From: Acanthaster planci
Lineage: Eukaryota
DNA: 64,000 nt
Assembly (NCBI RefSeq): GCF_001949145.1
Contig: NW_019091359.1
Location: 3,956,460-4,020,459 of the forward strand
Reading direction: 5' to 3'
The position numbers and the translations under genes are program-made. The notes beneath the pieces were generated by a model. That model saw only the letters and a program-made list of their open reading frames with translations, was not told the DNA's origin and ran no database searches. Shown here in pieces: positions 19,501 to 34,500 of this stretch (position 1 is the stretch's first letter; every line of letters starts with the position of its first letter).

Positions 19501-22500
19501 TTTAATTCAGGGCAAAGAGCGAATTGCTTGAGATTGCCCACTGTACTTAAGAAAATTTGCGTTGCCTGTAATCTATTAACCACTTGCTGCCGGGGAACCC
19601 CATTTCGAGCACCATGGTCTTATATGCGGAGCCGGGGGGCTTGGAATGGGACAAAAGAGCTGGTCCATGTAACTAAAGACCGTACTTGGAACAAAAGACC
19701 TGCTGCTGGAAATTGACATCATTTTTCGGCTTGCATTTTTCGAAGGTAATCCGTCACTCTTTTTAAACAGTATACCACTGTTTTGGGCATAGTGCATTGA
19801 TGAGTGACACAGCACTGCTGCATGCTAATTCAGCCATGTTTGAAAAGACACCACTCGCATTCACTGGAGACAAAGGAAATTATGCAACACCTCACAATTC
19901 TGGGCTCTCTTTACAGGGCGGCAGGCCTGGCTGAAATATTCAGGAGCCAATGAAGGTTACCTGTCAGCTTTGAGTAGCTACCAAACAGTCATTTGTGTGG
20001 GTGTAAACGTCCATTAAATGAAATGATGAATTTTTGGAGAATTTTGAAAACTGAAAATCTTGAAAATCTCCTGTATGTGTACACTGCATTTAAAAAGCAC
20101 CCAGCAGCAAGTGGTTAAGTACGTGGTTTAAGTACTCTTCAAGGTACTGGAGCCAATTGGCCTCAGCTAAAAAAATCCTGACTGCTGCTGATCTACTCAA
20201 GCACATGTTGATTACAACTAATTTTAATCGGTTTGAACAGGGAGAAAATACTGACAGACCAACTGATGAGAGAGTTTGGAGAGTCTCAGTGGTTGATGAT
20301 GTCTGAGCAGGAGCGTCAGCGACTCCTGATTAAGAAGAAGATGGAAGAGCGGCAGCTTAGACGAGAAGGCAAAATGGATGAGCTGGCACGTCTCATCAGT
20401 GGTGCTGATAAGGTTCGTTCATTCATTTTTCATTTACGTTGTCTTACAAAATTATGCTATGAAGATATAGTAAGTTTACTTTCAGCTTGTGAATTTTCTT
20501 GTGACAAAGTGTAACGTAATTCTTCATTGTCTATTTTAACCATCCAGTTTTGTATTTGTAATTTATTTCACCATCCTTATTTTACATTAGTAGTCTGTTT
20601 GCAACCCCAGTTTGGTTCCTAAACCAGCCGATTGCATTCTGCCATTCGACCCCCCCAAGCCACCTGTTTACATTTTTTATGGTATACCCAAGTCAAACTA
20701 TTGACTTTTAATAATATTTTACAACAGGGCAATTTGTCATAAGCACTTGCAGTTTCGGGGACGTGACTTGGATTTCCCCTTCATTAAGCAAATGATTTTA
20801 CAAATGTACAGGCTTTACATATTAATTTGAAAATTTCAGGTTTTTCTATAAAGTCATTTGAAATTTTCATACCAGGATAGTAAACATCTCCAGAAACTGA
20901 TGGGAAAAAACCGTGAAGAATATGAGAAACAACTAGCTGCACGTCTTGCTCGTAGGGAGCGTCGTCGGGCCATGGGGCTGGACTCAGATGAATCAGATGA
21001 GTCAGGTTAGTGAGATGCTTTGTTTGTATCTAATATAACATTTTGCTTTTTGTGGTTTTTTTAATTTCCTCTTGTAGCACTCTTTGGACAACACAAACTG
21101 TGATGAAAATGGTAGCTTGGCCCTAGACGGTACCACTTTGATTTTATTGCCCGTGCATGTATTGACACTGTTGTGCTAAGAGAAGGAATTTGAATTGACA
21201 GAGGACGCAATTTACAGGATGATGAGTCCTGTATCTGTAGTGAGCAGTGAGCCACTCAAAATACAGTTTGTTGATGTGCAGTGTCTCTGCTTGTCTGTTC
21301 ACTTTACCACTAGGAATAGACCAAATGCGCCCGCTAAGTCACATGACCTATAGTGGATATTAATTACATGCATCATCAAACAGGGAGTCCACCAAAACTA
21401 AAGTGTTTCACAAGTATCATTTACCTAAAATAAAGCTGACAGTAGGTACCCCACTCAGATTACTGATGTGCTAGGTACAGTACTATAAATTGGCTTTATT
21501 GTTTGTAAACAACACTCTAACACATGTTGCTTTGGGGTTGATACCTACTTTAGGTCATGTGATCTACATGTAACTGGTGCAATCGGTTTATAGGCCTATT
21601 TCTCCCTCTGACTGGAAAATGAAATGTGAATGCTGAACAAGAAACTGAACATGATCAGTAGTCATGATGAAAATAATGTAGCAGTCAATATGAACATCTG
21701 CAGTGCACAATTACAATGAGTGCCCGTTGTTGCACCATATTTCTTTTGTTAGATCTTCCTAGTGAGTGTATCTCAAAGACATCTTACAACACTACACAGC
21801 ATTTTAAATGAAAATTTTGGACTTCAGAATTGGTATGCCATTTGGTTTTGGTAGAATGATGTCACAAACTAACACGAATTATGCTCAAACTTAGGTATCG
21901 ATTTGATCCCCAGGAATACTGGGAGAGAATTACAGAGATGTGTTGGCCCAAACACTATTATGCTTTTATGAAGAGAAGAAGGGGAAAGCAATAAAAAAGG
22001 CACAAAGGTCCTGGAACCTAGACTAAAAATGGCAGAAAAACTGACATAGATAGAAATGGGAAGTAACCAGTTTTGTTCGGCGTTTGAAACGGAGAAGTTT
22101 TGCATTCCAATCAAGACTCTGATAATGCTGTTTCAAATAAATCAAAGTTTCTAACATTTGATCTCCAACCAAATATTCAATAGCAATTTGCTGGGCTGGT
22201 TTGAATATTTGAGAAAAAATATAGTTAACTCTTCTTATTACCAAATTCACAGGACCCATTAAAAAGGTCCATTCCACCATAATTTGGTGTACGCAGTGCA
22301 GTGGATTCCGATGCTTAAATCTCATTTTTTACATGCACCGACATGAATGTGCATGATGCCAAAATATAATATAATATTTATGTTTAATTAATCAAATCCG
22401 GTGTAAACACTTTGAAATAATAAACTTCAATGTATGTACATTTGAGACGAATAAAGGAAATAAAAGCGTCATTTTGATCTGCATGGTCAAATGAATCCGC

Positions 22501-25500
22501 CCATTAGTAATCTTTCTTGTACAAATTGTTTCATTTCTATTTTACTGTCTGTCTAGCATTTAATTTTTGATTAGTTGAACAACCATGATTGATTGATTTT
22601 TGAGTTTATCACCCCCATGAGATGTTGCTGAAGGAGTACGATGTTATAAAGGTTCATTGTGATTGGATAGTTGTGTCTTCAAAATGTAGATGTATTGAGT
22701 GCATGTAGATGTGAGTGCACAAGCTCATTGGTGGGAAGGCAGGCATGCGTGTTTTTTTTACTAATAATTCTTTTTGATATGAATAATTCAGTGATTGGTT
22801 TATCCGTTCCTGTTGGGTTCCTACTGTAAAGATCATTTATTGTTCTGATATTATTTTGACCTTGGGGCTGGAGTAGATCTACCTTTTCTTTCCTAGAAAC
22901 TAACTAAAAGAGGTTGAAAAGAGCTAACTTACCAGGTATGTGGGGTGTGTTCTTGTATCGGAGGAAGCGAATGAATTTTATTGTGGTGCAGGGGTCGTGA
23001 TATTGGGTTCTTTCAGATTACTGCCTTTCTTTTAACCCTTTTCTAATTTTTTGATCTCTTTATTATATGGGAAGTGGTAAGAAGAAGTCAGCTGTCTTGC
23101 CCCTTTTGTTGCAGGGAATTACGCTGATCTCAGTGTTGAAGGATTGTCTATAGAAAAAAACAGCAAAATGAGTTATTGGTCTTAAGGGTGCAGTTTTTAA
23201 CGGCCATGAGAACTGTGCCTGCTCGCGTAATTTAAAATTACAAATTTATTTTGTTTCTAAATGTTATAGGCCTGTCATGAACCTTGCAACATGAAAATAA
23301 TTGATTTGCGGGTACATTGAGTGAAATGGTTCATCACCGATAGTGTGTGAACATTTATTATCATATTAATACTTTACCCAAAGCACTCGCAACTGAATTT
23401 CAAGTTGTCTCATTATTGGAAACATTGTGAAAAAAATCGAAATCTGTCTGGTGATAAAAGTGAGTCACATGCATGATATATCAAAAGCCACTATTTACAG
23501 TAGTAAACCAGCAAGTCAATTCCTGCAAAAACTTTATCAATGTATCTGTGATAATCTTTGTACCACGAATACACATGAAGAATAATATCAACCAGTGCTT
23601 TGTAATACCAGTTATTGCTCTGCAAAACATTTACAAGCTTTTCCTGCAACTTTTAGCTAGTACTGTATGCAGTTTAAACTGGTGCATAAAAAGATGATCA
23701 GTGAGTTTTAAATATTTGAACATTATAAGTCGAATGCAGTTTTAAATATTCGAATACTGAATTATTAAAAAATGAAAAGGACACTAGACACTGAAGGTAT
23801 CGCGGTTTTGAAGCTCAGTTTTCAAGTGGCTATGTTGAGAAAGATGTCATTTTTTTAATCATCCAGGTTTAACAGTGATTAAAACAATGATTAAATTTTT
23901 GATTAAATGTATCTTTATTATTATATCTATGTTAACAACTTGTATTTTTGCTTTGTGTACGTAGATTCAGAGGAAGCAGGTACTACTGCTGGCCATAATT
24001 TATTACTGGACCTTCAGTCTCGTTATAATGAAGACATGGATGCCTTGATGGCTTTGCTGCGACGTCAACAGGGCAACGAAATGAGTGAAAGGGAGAGACA
24101 GGCATTACTACTCCGATTGAGGAGGGAGAAGAGACGGGCAGCCATGGAGGATAACTTTGATGAGGCAGCACTTCTCCTTGGCTTGGCTGAGAGGAACAAA
24201 CTCAATATGGAAGAAAGGTTAGTACTGAAGTACAACCTGCAATAATTATGACAAGTTTTATGGACAAGAATCTTGTCTGTCACTGTGACAGTAATCTGGC
24301 ATGTCACAGTTCACTGAGAAGTTATGCATACTTTGGGCTTCAATGGAATCTCATAAGAAAAACCATCGGCATTCTCTGGTTGGATTCTAGCCCAAAGCCT
24401 CAAGCTTACTAGTGAGGATGGCAGGCAACCTATGTAGATTCAAATATGAAATTGCAAAACTTGATTCCAAATATTTTACTTTTTAAATTTACCAACTAAA
24501 TTGAGGGTTGATTTTCACATAACCAGTAGAGAAACTAAATGTTTAGACAAGCCTGTGGTTTAATTACCCATTTAACTCTAATGTAATACATGCAGAGATG
24601 TTCTAGTCCATTAGGCCCCTACATGTATGTGTTAATGTGAATTGTATATTTGCATTGTAACCTTTCAGGATGAAAGCTGATCGAGAACGTCAGTTGCTGT
24701 TAGCAAGAGAACGTTTAGGAAACCGTCAGCGTCGTCGAACTGAAGGGAAAGAAGAAATTGGCAACCATGAGGAACTTTCTGTACCTGCTGAAGGTTAATT
24801 TAACATTTAGCTCAAACTTTAGATGCTAGCTATAAGGAAAATTTTGCTTCTTCGGATTTCTTGGAACTTCCTGAAGCTTATACTTATGAAAAGAGGAAAA
24901 TAAGTTCTTTTACAGGGAATTTAGCTACAATAAAGACAATTCAAGTTTTAGAACTCCATCAGTTCTTTGTGAGTACATATATTAGACTGTCACAAAATAT
25001 GACTGGAATTACAGGTGATATTAATGGTTGGCGTGAGACTGTCCTCAAGGAGCTGGACCGTAAGCATATCCTGGAGAGGGAACTTCTACTGACTATCCTG
25101 ACTGATGAAGGCAGTGAGGAGTTAAGAGATGCAGCCAGACAGATGGTACAGAAAGCCAGGCAAGAGAGGTTGCAGGAACTCAAAGAAGAGGCAGAAAAAC
25201 TTAACCCTGACAAGAAAGGTAATGTGGATCACAAAACAAAGAATCCAAGGCACTTTGAAGTTAACTCTATAGAGTGATGATTGTGTTCCATAACCTTGGT
25301 AGAGGGACGAAAAAGGATACTTTGTAATGTAACCAGTATTATTTGAGGATATTTGTTGATTCAAATATGGCACAGCATTCACTTGAGTATTACACATCTG
25401 AAATGCATAAATCTGTTGCATTGTACAATTTGTTACAATTTTCAGGAAGAGACAAAGTCGTCCCAAATAATTTTTTATATCAAATTTCCTTTTTTTTTTT

Positions 25501-28500
25501 TTTTCCAAATCAACTAGGCTATGTGATGCCTACATCTTGGTGTAATCATTCTTACCAAATTTACTGAAATCAGCCAAATAAAGATGATATCTGAGAGGCA
25601 AAATTCAACTAAATAGTATTTGTCATTTTCACAGAGAGACAAAATTGTCTTTCATAGATATAGCATTAGTAATAAAGGGCAAAGTCTCTTCGCTGCTTTG
25701 ATGAGACAAATTTGACACTGGAAATTTATACAAATTAACAATTTGCACCTGGCATGTGTGCCGTTTTCCCAAAGAGACAAAAGTCACATCAATTTTAGCA
25801 TTTTCACAAACAGAAAAAAGTGTCTGTTTACAAAGTACACAAATTTAATCGACTTCTAGAAATATTGTAGTAGTAGGCATGAACAAGATGGACATGATAC
25901 CAAAATTGTCCATGGACAAAAACACCCTGTATCGACAAGCTACATTATAACTAACACTCTATGCGTCGTGCGGTGCCTGGCTTTGCGTGGAACCACAGCT
26001 AAGAACAGTTGGATCCAAGACTAAGCACTGCTGTGAAATCAACCATGATCATGTCAAGTGTGCGAGCACCACGTGGTGAATTTTTCACAGAATTTTGCAG
26101 TGAATCAACATATTCAGGAGATGAAAAATTATTGTGGACCATTTCAGATGATGTAAACTCTTGTTGAAATCAAAATTTTATGGAAGAGGTGAGTGCGTGT
26201 GGTACTGTACATCATCACGGACACGGATTGGACTCTTGTACAATGCAGCACCGATTTTTACTTGTTCATGGTAATACTGGGAATATTCTGATTCTTCATG
26301 AAAACTTCTGAATTTTGGGGAGAAGGATTCCGAATTCTTAATAGCCAATGTTAGGAGGTCTATACCTCTGACATTACTGTGCTGAGTGTTGCACTGATGT
26401 TAATATAAGCAACATACTCAAATGTATGGCCAAAAATAACTGTAGGCTGGAAACCTAAACTTATATTTACCAGAAATGGTCCCATCAGCCAGAAATAGTC
26501 ACATCAGCCAGAAATAGTCACATCAGCCAGAAATAGTCATGTGTGAATGCAGTGTAAATCAAACAGAATTAGACTTGTTCAAATTAAGGCTATTTGTTGT
26601 TGTGACAGCTGTTTGTAATATATTGCAGAAGAGAAAGAGGGTCATCGAGACATTCTTGAAGAAGCTGGTGCCATCAAGAGCATTCTGAGGACCATAAGTC
26701 TAACAACCAAGAGACATGGTCAAAAGGTTGAAATGGATGAAGTCCACGCTAGTATTTTAGCTGACCTCCAAGAGGAACAAGAAAGAGAGAGTGAAGTGGT
26801 TATGGCTGGCCTTGTCTCCATGGTAATGATCTGAAGCCGGTTAAAGGCACAAATTATGTATTATTTATAGATAATGACATGAAAGTGTTAATATCCATTT
26901 TTACAAGATGGTACTCATTTTGCACTTGATCAAGAACCCCAGCTTCAGCATATATTTGTACGTTTGGTATTTAGTTGTATTTTGTCTTTGCATCTGGTTT
27001 TTACTGTAAGGGGCTTGTTTAGGGTTGGATATATTACCACATGTAAACAATGAATAACAGATGAATAACCACATTGTATATTATATTTCCAAAGTTTAAT
27101 CACTTGCGAATCACTTTGAATGGACATCGTATGATACCAATTTCCTTAACACAGAAAGGATTTTAATGGACAGCATATGATCAGCCAAAATGTCACTTTA
27201 CCTTTTACAAACAGCAGATACTTGATGTGGTATTCTTTTTTTATTCTTTATTTACCAAAATTATTTTCTGTGAAACAGTACCTTAATTTTATAGTTCTTA
27301 TGGTCATACTCGTGTAGAGTGAGGAAGAGTTGTCCAAGATGCGTATAAAGCAGATATGGGAGGTTAAGATGGGCATTGGCAAGAATGTTCTGAATGTCTT
27401 CACCCAATATGAAGGAGCAGCTGAAGACGATGCCATCTTAAAGGTTAGAGTTTTGATCAACCCAGTAATTTTCATTGACACTGTATGCATCCCTGGGCAG
27501 GCCTCATTACAGAGGCTTTGCAGTTGTTAAAGCAATTACCTGTGAAATTATGGTATGCAAACATGCATTGTCTGAAAGTCTGCTTTTCATATTTATCAAA
27601 TTTTGTCAGTGCACAAAACTTGTAATTTGGATTGGTTTGGAGCACTAAAACACTGCCTGGTTCTGGATCAGGCTTCAAGATTCCTTTGAAATAGTGTCAG
27701 CATTCTTTTAATAACAATTCGTGTGCTTTTCTGTTGTTGCCTTCATTGTTCATTCCCTAAAGGCTCTGGACAAGAAGTACGATGCTTTGAAAGACAAGCT
27801 GCTCATTGACATATTGCGGAGTCATTTAGGAGAGAAAGAGTGGGCTAGAATGAAGGAGCAAGATAGACAGAAGAAGCTCTTGGACCTAAGACAAGAAGAA
27901 AGAAGACTACGCAAAGAAGGTATCATACAGATGTCTTTCTGTAGGAGTTACTGTAGGTTCAGGTATTCTGCTGTTGTTGGAGCTTCCATATCCAAGGGAT
28001 AATTGACTATGGTGATAAATAATCGTGGCCTGGGGCATGCATAGCATCTTCAGCTTCGCCTTGGAGCAGGATGCGTCCCTCAGGTGTTCAAAACATGAAT
28101 TCCCACATCACAGTAGTCAGCAATTGTTAAGTATAATGGTACTCCCTAGTGCTCCTTGAAAAAAACATTGGCAGCTTTGAAGACTGCAAAAAAATGGGCT
28201 GGTACAGTTAGCTCAGGCGGTTAAGCAACTTTACAAGTACCTTTGGCTTTGAAGTTTGCAGAGTTCAATCTTACTTTAATGAATTTTGTGTGTTCAACAT
28301 CCATTATTAATTTGACATTAAATAGTGTTCTTTTGATTCACCTTAGGCAAAATGGATGCCCTAGCTGCTCTCCTAGGAAATCATGCCAAGACGCAGGCAG
28401 ACCTTAAGAAACTGATGGGGGACAGCCGAACTGACTACCAGGAGAAACTTAAGATGAGAATTGAGAGAAGGAAAAAGAAAATTGCTGAAGGTAAGAAAGA

Positions 28501-31500
28501 TATCCATCTATAACGTTGGAATAATATTTAAAAAAATGAATAACCAGAAATACAATTTGTCTCCTTGGTTGATGTCAACCTGTTGTATACATTGCAATGC
28601 ATATTCTACGCTATACATGTATATGGCTCTCCCTGATTTGATTAAATGTAGAGAAATACATGTATACTTTCGTGATTGGTCTTGTTTGGCCGTAGGTTGT
28701 TCATAAAAGTATGCAGTAAATGCTCCCTTTATTTGCAGTGAATTAAGAATGTTTCCATATTCAGAATGTTTCCATATTCAGTGTTGTAACTGTTCAGACT
28801 TGTTAGCTGCATGCTTGCCTTTTAAAACAAAATACTTTGTTTTGGAACCGTCATTTTTCAAAGTGAGCACAAAGTTACAATCTTATTTTTTGATGAAGGT
28901 GGAAACCTGGATGACATAGAAGAAGAACTGTCAGAAGAGGAAGGTGATTCTCAAGACTCTTCCTCCAAAGGCTCAAGCCCCCTAGAGGACCTGCAGAGGC
29001 GTTATGATAGTGAACGGGAGGCAATTCTCATGAGATTGAACAGTTCAGAGGCTGAATACATGAGTGAGAAGGAACGACAGGCAGAACTGATTCGACTTAG
29101 ACTAGAATTACGTAAAGCAAGAGGAGAGGACAACTTCATTGCTGCAGCACTAGTGATGGGGCTCGCTGAACGCAACCAAGCAACCACATCCCAAAGGTTC
29201 ATTCTTAGTTACAAAATGAATTTTGCACTAAAATTTCTCATTAAAAAGTATCTACATGTCTATGCTTGGCTTTGCATTAGATTCCCTCCTTTACTCTGGA
29301 AGACTGAGTGTGAACCTGTTTTGAGGAGCATGAAAAGTTTGATTTTTACACTTTTGTGTTAAACTCTTTGCGAGTGCTACAGCATAGAGCAAAATCATTT
29401 ACTCAACACTCAAGAAAACCTGAACCCAAAACAACATTGTGTTAAGTACTGAAATACACTTCAAAACAAGCCACCATGAATACCAGTTACAATGTACTTC
29501 AATGTTGTGTGCAACTGCAACATCTTTGTATAAATACAAGTGCAACATAGTGTAGTGTGTACAGTACTTCGTATGCATGTACAGTATATCATGTGCAGTG
29601 TATTACACAGGAAGTGCTTTACTTGCTATTATTTTTAGACTTAAGCATGACAGGCAGCGACAAGAATCCCTTGCCAAGCAGCGGATTGAAGCCATGAGAA
29701 GAAAACGAGCTTTGGGAACTATCCAAGAGGAGACTGAAGATACAGTGACTGATAATGACGATAGGAACTCAATGCAGGTAATGTAACTCAGTTTGTTCAT
29801 TAGTTGAAGGGATGATAAACCATTCTGCCCCCATCGATATCCAGGATGAAGACGATTAATATGGATATAGGCTTTTCTTAACACAGCATCCTGCTGCTTT
29901 CATTGCTGGAAGCTGAATGATTGAAAATGAATTGATTTTTAATATTATTGACGTTTTAAAATCTAATAATTTTGTGCTGGTGTTGCCTTTAAATAATAAT
30001 AGTTAATTGTTTTCTATCTTTTTAAAAGTTGTCTTATTAATAGACCTGTAACTCATTGATCTCATGCTTTGTTTACATACGCACACTTCCTATGACAACA
30101 CGATGGATTACATCCCACCTCACTGCCGTAGGAAAGTGCACATGTAAACAAAGCAAGAAGTCATTATTTTACAGGTCAATTCTTTGTTTGTATTTGTGAA
30201 TATTCCCCAAAAGCTGTAATAAATGAATTGAAGTTCATTTAATTTCATTTATTTGCCAGATAAAAAGACATACAAAAATACGCAAACTACATACAAGAGG
30301 CACAACCTAAAAACATCAAAATACATTACATGAGAGATATAAATAATATAAGATATAAATAATTGCACAGTAAGTTTAAGTGTGAGGAGACATTTTGTGA
30401 CACAACAGTTGTCCGTGGAGCTAAAAACTAAAGTCAGAAGTTTCCACATGTTTTTCATTAAACCTTTTTTCAGTGCATAAGTATACATGTAGGCTTATCC
30501 ATGTATATCAACCAGAGTCAGTAGCTTTTACTGTAGCAACATCACAAATGCCATTGAAAACCTTGTTGACTTAAAGGATGTTCTGATTTTCCTCATGCAT
30601 CTGTGCCCTTAGTTTAAGAATGCTGATGTGAGTGTGGTGCTACCACAGAAGTGTCTCCTTGGGTTAGTCCACATGTTGCATTTATCTAAATATGAGTGTG
30701 AAAACTGTTTTCGGTACCTGTACAAAAATACCTTTTACCAATGTCTTAAATTGTATCCAGGATGCAGTAATCAGAACCCTTGAGAAGAAACACAACCTGG
30801 AAAGAGAAACACTGTATGATCTCCTTCATGCAAAGTATGGGGAAGATGAGATTCTGATTGCAGAACACATGACTCAAGAGCAACGGCAAGACATCCTACA
30901 AGAACTAATGGAAAGAAGACGAGCCATGGATGTTGGTAGGATATTATTCACAATTCACAAGGGGAGCCTTGATTGATTTCAATGGTCAAGTGCAGCTTAT
31001 GTCTGTCTTGCATAAAGCAATAAAGCACAGGATGTTCCTATGTGCATGGACAATGGACATACGCAGTCACTCGTTGGATAGATATCTTTTGCCTGAGAAA
31101 GTGTGATTGTTTTCATGGTTTTGAGTAATGTATTGAACTTGTGTGCCTCTTTCTTCAACAGCAAAATGCTGTGAATTTTTTAATAAAACATTTTGTCATG
31201 ATGTATGATGCAGTCAAGTGACAGCAATCAATTCCATGTTCATAACACCCACATGCTCATGTTATGCTAGTCATAACTGTCCCCATGTCGTCAGTGCACA
31301 TACAAAACACATTCTCAATCAATAAGTAATTACGGGCTCAAAAAATCGTGGCTGAAAAAACTTGCCTAGTTTGTCTTCAGTCCATCTTGAGCAGAAGCAT
31401 CCCCTCACCAGTTAAAAAAGAGCCATGTTGATAGGGAGTGTTCATTTTGTTGGTAGCCATTTTGTTGTTGATAATCTCGATGAAATCTTATTCTGTGGCA

Positions 31501-34500
31501 TTTGGTCTTTCAGGCAAAAAACAAGAGAATCAAGTTATTTTGAGTGAAGCATCAATTGTGAAGATGGCAGGACGAAAAAAAATACTTGAAAAGGAGACTA
31601 CCAGGACTTCCATAAGCAAGGATGATGTGGTAGTAACCATCATGGCTGACCTGCAACAACAACAAGCCAGAGAGTGTGAAGCTCTGCTTAGTCAACTCCC
31701 TGATAAGGTATTGAGCTCGTTCATTTGTGACATGTGGCCACCATTTTAACCAGTGCAGTACTCAGAAACAGTGAACTCTGTCATGCTGTCTCTGTTGCAT
31801 CTTTTGAGTATTATGGTAATTTTCCAGGGTTTTGTAATTGATCTATACGGTGACACTCATCCAACACTAACAGATCTAAAGTAATTTACTCATGTGATTA
31901 CACATTCCCATCTGTGGTTATTGCTTAGAGTATACAGTGTTGACAATAGCAATGATTTATTATGAATATGAGGAGCTGTCCTAACTGACAGCTGTGTGTT
32001 ACATTTCCGGCCTGATTCCTGGCTTGCAAGTTTTATTAAACATAGCATTCATTTAAAGAGTGTGAAATGAAACAACACTTCAGGTAAAAATATTAAGATA
32101 AATTTCTGTAATATTAAAATAATATCAGAATGTGGTAGATATGCATGTTATTGAATATCTGGTAACTACATGTATGTATTAATGCCTGTTTAAGAATGGC
32201 TCATTTTCAGTGACAAACAAACTGAAAATGACATTTTCCATCTGGATCATGATATGGAACACTTTGGAATTGTTAAGTTCTCTTTGTGTATTTAAACTTG
32301 ATGGAGTCTGTTTTCTCTTTTCAGGACTTTGAGTCCTTGGTGCATGTTCAGCAGCAGAACATTCAGGACCAGAAGAATGAACGGAATGAGAATGTTGCTG
32401 TTGTGGTGATGACAGCCGATCTGAGCAAGAAGGCTGGGGAGGAGGAGTTAGTGGATGCTTTGCAAGGGAAGTTTGATGCTTTGAAGGATAAGATCCTGAC
32501 AGAGGCATTAATGAAGCAGGTAATTAGAAATATGAACTTCTTCAAGACTGGTGACATTTTTTTCTTTATTGGCGAGTTAGAAGTAATGGTTGCTAGGCAG
32601 AGCCAACTTTTGCCACCAGGAGAGAGATTATTATACAAGCCAGTGCTTGCTTAAAGCCACATAATTGAAAACTGCACCGACAAGATTGCTATTGACTTTT
32701 CTTTAAAACAGGAGTCATTGAACCTTAAAATAAAATCACAAAACAATGCTGTCATGGCTTTATTGGCATTAATTGTAACAATGTGCAAGAACAGTGCTCA
32801 GCCAAATACTACTCAAGTACTTCCATCCTAACAATTTAATTTTCATGACACTGTGATTTTCTGAAATTTTAAGTTTATTTTGTAATATTACCTTTTTGTT
32901 TTTACTATCCAGTGTTTGTGTTTTCTAGCTTTGTTCACTCCTAAGCAGTTCAATAATTGGCTCTAAGCTTGGTACTCAAAAAAGTTCTGAATTGCAACAC
33001 TGGATAATAATACTAATGAGATAATGCCCTCAGCACCATGTTGATGGATAGGAAGTCATTCAAGCAATGCTAATAATTTCTGTCCTGATTTAGATTGGTG
33101 AAGCTGAATGGGCTGTGCTTTCAGAGAAGGAGAGACAAGTCCGTCTGGTCAAGCTTCGACTTGAAGAACGACGACTGCGCCAGGAGGGAAAGTATGATGA
33201 GGCTGCTGCACTGTTGGGTGATGCCATCGCATCGCAGACTGCGCTGGAGCTGTTGCTTGGGGATACCAAGAAGCAACAGGAGGATAAACTGAAAGAGAGG
33301 CTTGAGAAGAGACGACTGAGAGTGGCTCAGGGTAGGTTGAGTTCAGAGCTGGAAGGTCTTTAGAAGTCAAACAGTGTCTGTAAAATTAAGCAAACTTGCA
33401 AGTGGAAATTGACTTTATTCACGTAACCCTAACCCGGTTAGGGTTAGGGTTACGTGGGAAAACATACTGGTGCTCTTTAAACTGATCTATCCAGCTCTGT
33501 GTTTGTCTTCTTTTCAGAATGCTACAGGGGAGTTCTATGAACTGATAGATCCAGTTCTGTGTTGGTCTTCCTTTCAGAATGCTACGCAGGAGTTCTGTGA
33601 ATTGATCTATCCAGCTCTGTGTTGGTCTTCCTTTCACAATGCTACGCAGGAGTTCTATGAACTGATCGATCCAGCTCTGTGTTGGTCTTCCTTTCAGAAT
33701 GCCATGCAGGAGTTCTATGAACTGATAGATCCAGTTCTGTGTTGGTCTTCCTTTCAGAATGCTACGCAGGAGTTCTATGAATTGATCTATCCAGCTCTGT
33801 GTTGGTCTTCCTTTCAGAATGCCATGCAGGAGTTCTATGAATTGATCTATCCAGCTCTGTGTTGGTCTTCCTTTCAGAATGCCATGCAGGAGTTCTATGA
33901 ATTGATCTATCCAGCTCTGTGTTGGTCTTCCTTTCAGAATGCCATGCAGGAGTTCTATGAACTGATCGATCCAGTTCTGTGTTGGTCTTCCTTTCAGAAT
34001 GCTACAGGGGAGTTCTATGAACTAATATCTCCAGCTCTGTATTGACCAGTCTTCTGTCCAGAATGCAGTACTACAACACTGTGAACTGATGTATTGAACT
34101 CTGTGATGGTCTTTTTTCTAGCATGCATTCCTGAAGCTCGTTTAACTAATCTCTGTGTTAACATTTGCAGAAAACCTACTGGAGCTCCATGAATTGAGCT
34201 ATTCAGCTCTGTTTTGGTCTTGTTTCCAGAATGCTCTACTCAGAGTTGCTGACTCAAGTCATGTGACTTAGAGTCGAGTTGGACTTGAGTCGCTATTTTT
34301 GTGACATGTGACTTGACTTGGACTTGTTACCAACCCAAGTCAGACGCTACTCGACCAGCCCCATATATTTTTGTATCTCGTAACTTGCAACTTCGTAAGT
34401 TGATGCCTGGTTCTTTTTGTTGATTACAGCTGGACAAAATAATGCATAGCTTGACTTGTACTTGGACAAAGAGACTTGTGACTTGACTTGTGTTTAGATC

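Noticed and set aside
28196..28275. tRNA gene
   Set aside because: Only A- and B-box-like motifs; no acceptor stem or anticodon arm can be folded. At most a SINE remnant.
33470..34045. 191-aa ORF with 20-aa repeats as a protein-coding gene or CRISPR-like array
   Set aside because: It is a 60-bp tandem repeat with no unique spacers. It lies in an intron whose flanking exons already join in phase, and its composition is unlike the host protein.
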